From Octopus vulgaris (Eukaryota): a stretch of 64,000 nucleotides of DNA. The DNA lies in the NCBI GenBank assembly GCA_951406725.2, contig OX597819.1, positions 110,360,001 through 110,424,000 of the forward strand. The letters run 5' to 3'. The notes under the pieces were generated by a model. That model saw nothing but the letters and a program-made list of their open reading frames with translations. It made no database searches and was not told where the DNA came from. The position numbers and the translations under genes were made by a program. This document shows positions 57,596 through 64,000 of this stretch, one piece after another; position 1 is the stretch's first letter; each line of letters opens with the position of its first letter.

Positions 57596-58542
57596 ATTAC
57601 CTTTTGCCATCGAATGTGCATATTAAATACATTCTATTTAATACTTAAATCCATTGTTATATATATATATATATATATGCATTGTTACACATATATACAC
57701 ACACACATATATATACATATATATACATATACATATATATATAGATATATATGCTTATTCCTCTTAAAGTTCGTGTGTGAATGCTTTTGACAAGGATGTG
57801 TGCTTGTGGTGTGTATATAATTCTCTCTCAACACTAATACACTGGTGTTAGTCTCATAAATGCATCCGATATTGTCTTGTAATTGTTGTTGTTGTCGTTG
57901 TTGTTGTTGTTTTTATTGAGCTTATACTAACGATGTCAGAATAGAAAATGATGTTGGTTGTTTAGATGGTAATAATGATAATATTAATAGCAACAGTAAA
58001 CAATAGTGATGATGATGATGATAATGATGATGATGTTGATGATAATGATAATGATAACAATGATGATGATGATGTTAATCAATATGAAGTTGAGGAGGGG
58101 GAGAATGGTGATGATGATAACTACGGTGACACGATAGTGACGAAATGGCCTCGATGACGACGATAACGATGATGGCGAAGACCATAATATTGATGATGGT
58201 AGTGCTGATGGCAGTGGTGGTGTCGGTGGTGAAAATGATTCTAAATTTGATACGATGGACAGGAAAAACAGTAAATAAAAGAACATTGGAAAACTATACT
58301 GTAATGTAATCAAATAATAGAAATGGTCTCTCTCTCTCTCTGTCTTACTCTCTGTATTTCTCTTTCTTTCTCTCTGTCACATAAACACACACATACACAT
58401 GCATGCATACATATATGCACACATTCACGCACATGCATACACGTACTCACACACACATGCGCATATAGATCCTAAAAGGGAAAACAACAGATAACGATGA
58501 CTAAAAAAAGAAATAAATAAATAAATAAATAATAATAATAAC

Positions 58543-58582
<40 letters not shown>

Positions 58583-59339
58583 TTAATAATAATAATAATG
58601 ATTTCAAATTTTTGTTACAAGGGTAGCTTGTGAGAAAGGATTAAGTCGATTACATTTACCCCAGTGCATAACTGGTACTTATTTAATCGACACCTAAAGG
58701 ATGAAACTCAAAGTCGACCTCTGTGGAATTTGAACTCAGAACATAAGGACGGACGAAATGCCGCTAAGGATGTTGTCTGGATGATAACGATTCTGCCAGC
58801 TTAATAGTAATAATGGTTTCAAATTTTGGCACAAGGGCAGCAATTTTGGGGAAGGGGTTAAATCGATTACATCGACTCCAGTGCGTAACTGGTACTTATT
58901 TAATTGACCCCATATATATATATATATATGTATGTGTGTATGTATATATTTGTGTATCTGTGTTTGTCCCCCCACCATCGCTTGACAGCAGATGTTGGTG
59001 TGTTTACGTCCCCGTAACTTAGCAGTTCGGCAAAAGAGACCGATAGAATAAGTACTAGGCTTACAAAAGAATAAGTCCTGGTGTCGATTTGTTCGACTAA
59101 AGGCAGTGCTCCAGTATGGCCGCAGTGAAATGACTGAAGCATATAAAAACGTAAAAGGGTAAGTATCAAAAGATACCAATAACGTAGTAAAACAACAAAA
59201 TAATAATATAAATGATCCTCAAAATGGAGGAGAGGTGGTCACATAGGATTAGTAAATATACACCACAGAATACCTCGCATTATTTTGACATTACAATGGC
59301 GAATGGCTTATCCTAGTTCTTGCGACCCATTTAATTTCA

Positions 59340-59840
59340 CCTAGGTAGATTTGGCCTAAATAGCCATACTAGTTTCGCCACGCTCATCCGCCTATGATAA
59401 AATTTCATAGAGGGCATCACTTCCCTTTTTATCCTCTCCTTTCTCCTGAAATGGTACTTGAAGAAACTGACGCGGGCTAGTCCCTGGAGAGGAATAGTTT
59501 CGAGAGTTTTAACAGCATCCCTCATACTATATCCTTCATCATAGTCAAAGAGAGACTATTTGCTTTTCCTTGTAAAAGAAAGATAGTGTACCGGTCTTTA
59601 AAATGGATTCGGATGACATCAAGAACTGTCCCGCATTTGATAACAGATTACCGGCAAGAACCAACAATTGGGAAGTACATGGACACTGAAGGTTTCAGCA
59701 CCATGCGTGCATCTTTGACAAGCTTGGGTTACTGTAGGCTCCAGCATAGCCATACTTTTAAGATTCATTCCGAACATGTAAGCGCCCTGTGCAAACCCAA
59801 TCTATATCTCCGATGTGAGAAATTCTCTGGAAGACACTAA
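59340..59840 (-). mobile_element. Old Tx1-family relic
   Basis: KTLETIPLQGLARVSFFKYHFRRKERIKREVM..FYHRRMSVAK is homologous to KGLETNTFLSGQSLINFFKYHLKRKVRVERQVL..FKKRWVNVAR. Confidence 0.75.
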
Positions 59841-59979
59841 TTGGGGTGTCCTCAACTCAACGGAATCAGTCATCACCATCATCACTCATACTCTCCAATA
59901 ACGTAAATTTGATTTGTACCAATTATATTGTCTGTTTGGTAGAGTGCAGCGAACATCTGGCAATATTTCTAGTGGCAAA

Positions 59980-60648
59980 GGCGGCAATCTGGCAGAAACG
60001 TTAGCACGCCGGGCGAAATGCTTAGCGATATTTCCTCTGTCTTTACGTTCTGAGTTCAAATTCCGCCGAGGTCGACTTTGCCTTTCATCCTTTCGGAGTC
60101 GATAAATTAAGTACCAGTTACGCATTGGGGTCGATATAATCGACTTAATCCTTTTGTCTGTCCTTGTTTGTCCCCTCTATGTTTAGCCCCTTGTGGTTAG
60201 TAAAGAAATAGGTATTTCGCCGTTACGTTCTGAGTTCGAATTCCACCGAGGTCGACTTTGCCTTTCATCCTTTTGGGTTCGATAAATTAAGTACCAGTTA
60301 CGCATTGGAGTCGATCTAATCGACTTAATTCCTTTGTCTGTCCTTGTTTGTCCCCTCTAACGTAACGGCAGACGAAATACCTATTTCTTTATTACCCACA
60401 AGGGGCTAAACACAGAGGGGACAAACAAGGACAGACATAGGTATTAAGTCGATTACATCGACACCAGTGCGTAACTGGTACTTAATTTATCGACCCCGAA
60501 AGGATGAAAGGCAAAGTCGACCTCGGCGGAATTTGAACTCACAACGTAACGCAGACGAAATACCGCTAAGCATTTCGCCCGGCGTGCTAACGTTTCTGCC
60601 AGCTCGCCGCCTTGTGCCAGCTCGCCGCCTTGTGCCAGCTCGCCGCCT
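59980..60648. mobile_element. SINE family A dimer (+) fused tail-to-tail with an inverted copy (-)
   Basis: Plus-strand units 59980-60358; minus copy 60359-60648 with TGCCAGCTCGCCGCCTT triplicated at its head. Confidence 0.88.
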
Positions 60649-61819
60649 TATTACTCATATTCGATTTTAGTTTCGACAACAGGCGCCAAACTCTTGATGA
60701 GCATCTATGTCAAGATATATGCATCTGCGTTGAACAGATAACTTCGTATAAGTTACTAGCTGTTCACCTATATATTATATTATATCATATTACCTTATAT
60801 AGTATTACATTATATTTCTGCGAAGGCGGCGAGTTGGCAGAATCGTTAGCACGCTGGGTATAATTCTTAGCGATATTTCGCTCATCCTCACGTTCTGAGC
60901 TCAAATTCCGCCGAGGTTAACTTTTCCTTTTATCCTTTCGGAGTCGATAAATTAAGTAACAGTTGAACACTGGGGTCGATGTAATCGACTTAATTCCTCC
61001 TTTGAAATTTCTGTGCTAAAATTTGAAAGCATTATATTTATGTGTGAACGTATATTTGTGTGCTATAAACATAGATTTGTGACTCCAAATCAAATTTTCA
61101 CACAATTTCCCTTGTATGCAAACACTTGTAGTTGTTAGTGTTGCAGCGATTTAACCATAGTTCAATAGGGACCGAGCAGACCTCTGATCAAATGGGTTCC
61201 AGCCATGACTATCCCGACTCCGCCTTTTTAAGTGCACATTAACGTAATGCGCATTTCCTTATTCCAGACTGCGTGATTTGAGGGAGATCAGACTGCTATT
61301 GTTAGCATATCTAAGAATTATTTTTGGAAAGAAACTTTCAGTTATTGTTACTGATTAGCCATAGGTTTGCTCTGATCTCAAAGACATTCTTACCGTGACA
61401 ATTCCACTTATTTTAATATTTATTTATTCATTTTGCTTCAGAACACGATATATCGCTCAGCTTTTCATCAAATGACTTGTTCTTTTTCTGGCTGTATACA
61501 AAACATATTGGAACTCACAGTAAATGTTTAGTACTTAACTAGATTTACCGAATTCTCACATAAACATCTTTTCGTACTGCCATCCTCTAACTGAGGCGAC
61601 AACACTTTTCTCGAGATGTCAGTGTTGATGTAACGCAAATCAAAATGGTTTCACAAATAACATCAGATAGTGACAACCGTCCATGCTGACGAAAAGAAAA
61701 TACAATCATGCACCCCCATGTGCTAAGACCCACCTACACCCTCTATTTCTAGTAAACCTACCCGTCCACTCCAATATTACCTCCAGTTCTATTGGTGATT
61801 TGTAACAGAAGAAACGGAA

Positions 61820-61901
61820 GAAGATGAAGAAGAAGAAGGAGAAGAAGAAGAAGAAGAAGAAGAAGAAGAAGAAGAAGAAGAAGAAGAAGAAGAAGAAGAA
61901 A

Positions 61902-61983
<82 letters not shown>

Positions 61984-61991
61984 AGAAGAAA

Positions 61992-62038
<47 letters not shown>

Positions 62039-62111
62039 GAAGAAGAAGAAGAAGAAGAAGAAGAAGAAGAAGAAGAAGAAGAAAATGATGATGATGATGA
62101 TGATGATGATG

Positions 62112-62149
<38 letters not shown>

Positions 62150-62210
62150 GAAGAAGAAGAAGAAGAAGAAGAAGAAGAAGAAGAAGAAGAAGAAGAAGAA
62201 GAAGAAGAAA

Positions 62211-62266
<56 letters not shown>

Positions 62267-62357
62267 GAAGAAGAAGAAGAAGAAGAAGAAGAAGAAGAAG
62301 AAAGAAGAAGAAGAAGAAGAAGAAGAAGAAGAAGAAGAAGAAGAAGAAGAAGAAGAA

Positions 62358-62389
<32 letters not shown>

Positions 62390-62395
62390 AGAAAA
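61820..62395. repeat. Higher-order (GAA)n/(GAT)n compound microsatellite
   Basis: Four alternating blocks, each with the junction GAAGAAAATGATG. Confidence 0.95.
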
Positions 62396-62674
62396 GCAAC
62401 AGAGGATAATATTTCAGTGATTCATTTACACACGTTTTGCTCCGTCTCACCTTTCTTTTGACACATCTTACATCAATTTTTGGCTCGGTTCAAATTGGAT
62501 ATATATATACAGGCGCACATTTAGACACACGCACGTACGCACACACACTGAATGAATGCGTATATATATATATGTATAAGTGCACGCACAGACACACTAA
62601 CAAACACACACACGCGCGTACACATCACATATATGCACGTGGACACAAGACACGCACACACACTGAATGAATGC

Positions 62675-62715
<41 letters not shown>

Positions 62716-63694
62716 TGCACGCACAGACACACTAACAAACGCACACACACACATGTATGTACGCGGACACAGAATACGCACACATACATTGTCTACACAT
62801 ATGCATGCTTATGTATCTATTGATGTTAGTCTTTCTCTCTCACCCCTCTCGCTCTCTCACACACACACACACGCACACGCATACACACTCGCACACACAA
62901 GCAACGAAACTTGGCTTTGCCCAAATTTTGTATTGGTGTAAATACGACACATTATTGTGGAGATTTGATACAGAAATACACACACAAAGACACACACACA
63001 CACACACCACACAAACACACGCACACACACACACACACATACATACGCATGTATATATATATATATATATATATATACTCACACATATATAAACACACAC
63101 GTACATGTACACACAAACACAAACACAAACACAAATACATATGTATATATGTATATATATACATATATACAGACACATCTGATAGATTAGTTGAAAGCAA
63201 TAGAGTAGACCGTTTCCATGTATTGCCTATCATCTATGTTATTCACTAATTAACATAAAAACAATTATACTTTTATGACCTGGCATGAATTCAGACAAGT
63301 TTTGAGCGGTAAAGAAAATCGGCATTGTTTTAATTAAATAGCGATGGCGATATGTTTCTGGGGATAAAAGCTAAACAACACTCTGATCAGAACTGAATTC
63401 AATAAGAAGTTTCTTGAACGGTCGCCTCCAGAAATTTTAGCAATAAAACGTGCGTTTGTATTTTGTATGAGCTTATTCTTCTCTGAAAAACAGCCATCAA
63501 CTGATGAAAGGTCGTTTTTTATGTTGTTTGTTTTGTTTTCCATTTGTGTCTTTCGTTGTTCCCAAAAATAGTACATATTCCATGTAATCGTTCTTCGTAT
63601 TTTTTGTTGTACACGTTTCATGACGTCCTGTGTCCACATATGCATATACGTATAGATGTAAGTATGTATAGATGTAAGTATATATATATATATA

Positions 63695-64000
63695 TTATAT
63701 AAAATCCGTTCTGTCTGTCTGCGTGTGTTCCAGGATCTCGGGTATCCTCCATCCGATTGCGCTCAAATTTGATATGTAGATACCGACGGTATCAGGGCGT
63801 GTATAAGTCTTGAAAAAATTACAAAAATCGATTGTAGGTGAGAATGCGATCGATGAAGCTGTGGGAACGTGCATTTGTACGCGCAAGTACATCAGCTGTT
63901 GCGATCGATACTACGCGTAAGTGAGAAAAATACACGTGCAGTTTGCGCAAAAAAAAGCCGGCTGGCTTGAAATAATGATAAGGGACCAAAATAATAAGAG
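63695..64000 (+). mobile_element. Probable Helitron-like element 5' part, cut by the window end
   Basis: TATATAAAA followed by a (GTCT)/(GT) tract and CCGATTGCGCTCAAATTTG, a layout like the 5' end of the 37847-38219 element. Confidence 0.4.

Overview
Gene-free, AT-rich eukaryotic DNA dominated by microsatellites and transposon relics. The repeat content (tRNA-head SINEs, Dong/R4, Tx1, CR1, RTE, Penelope, Tc1/mariner, Helitron, plus dense (TA)n, (TATG)n, (GATA)n and trinucleotide arrays) suggests an intron or intergenic region of a coleoid cephalopod, probably Octopus; this is an inference. I found no host protein-coding gene. Nearly all track ORFs are microsatellite translations and the rest are TE fragments. 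Main observations: (1) about a dozen type-I hammerhead ribozyme (HHR) motifs from several sequence families, mostly in or beside (TA)n and often as head-to-head inverted duplications, consistent with Penelope-like pLTRs or retrozymes, including a 363-nt circularly permuted monomer. (2) Tx1-clade LINEs inserted in (GATA)n, with a relative ending at (GTT)n. (3) A tRNA-derived SINE whose 3' tail matches the Tx1 3' end and which forms head-less tandem arrays with a recurrent junction, suggesting self-targeted insertion. (4) Many long inverted repeats that could form dsRNA. Everything was read by eye; no searches or folding programs were run.
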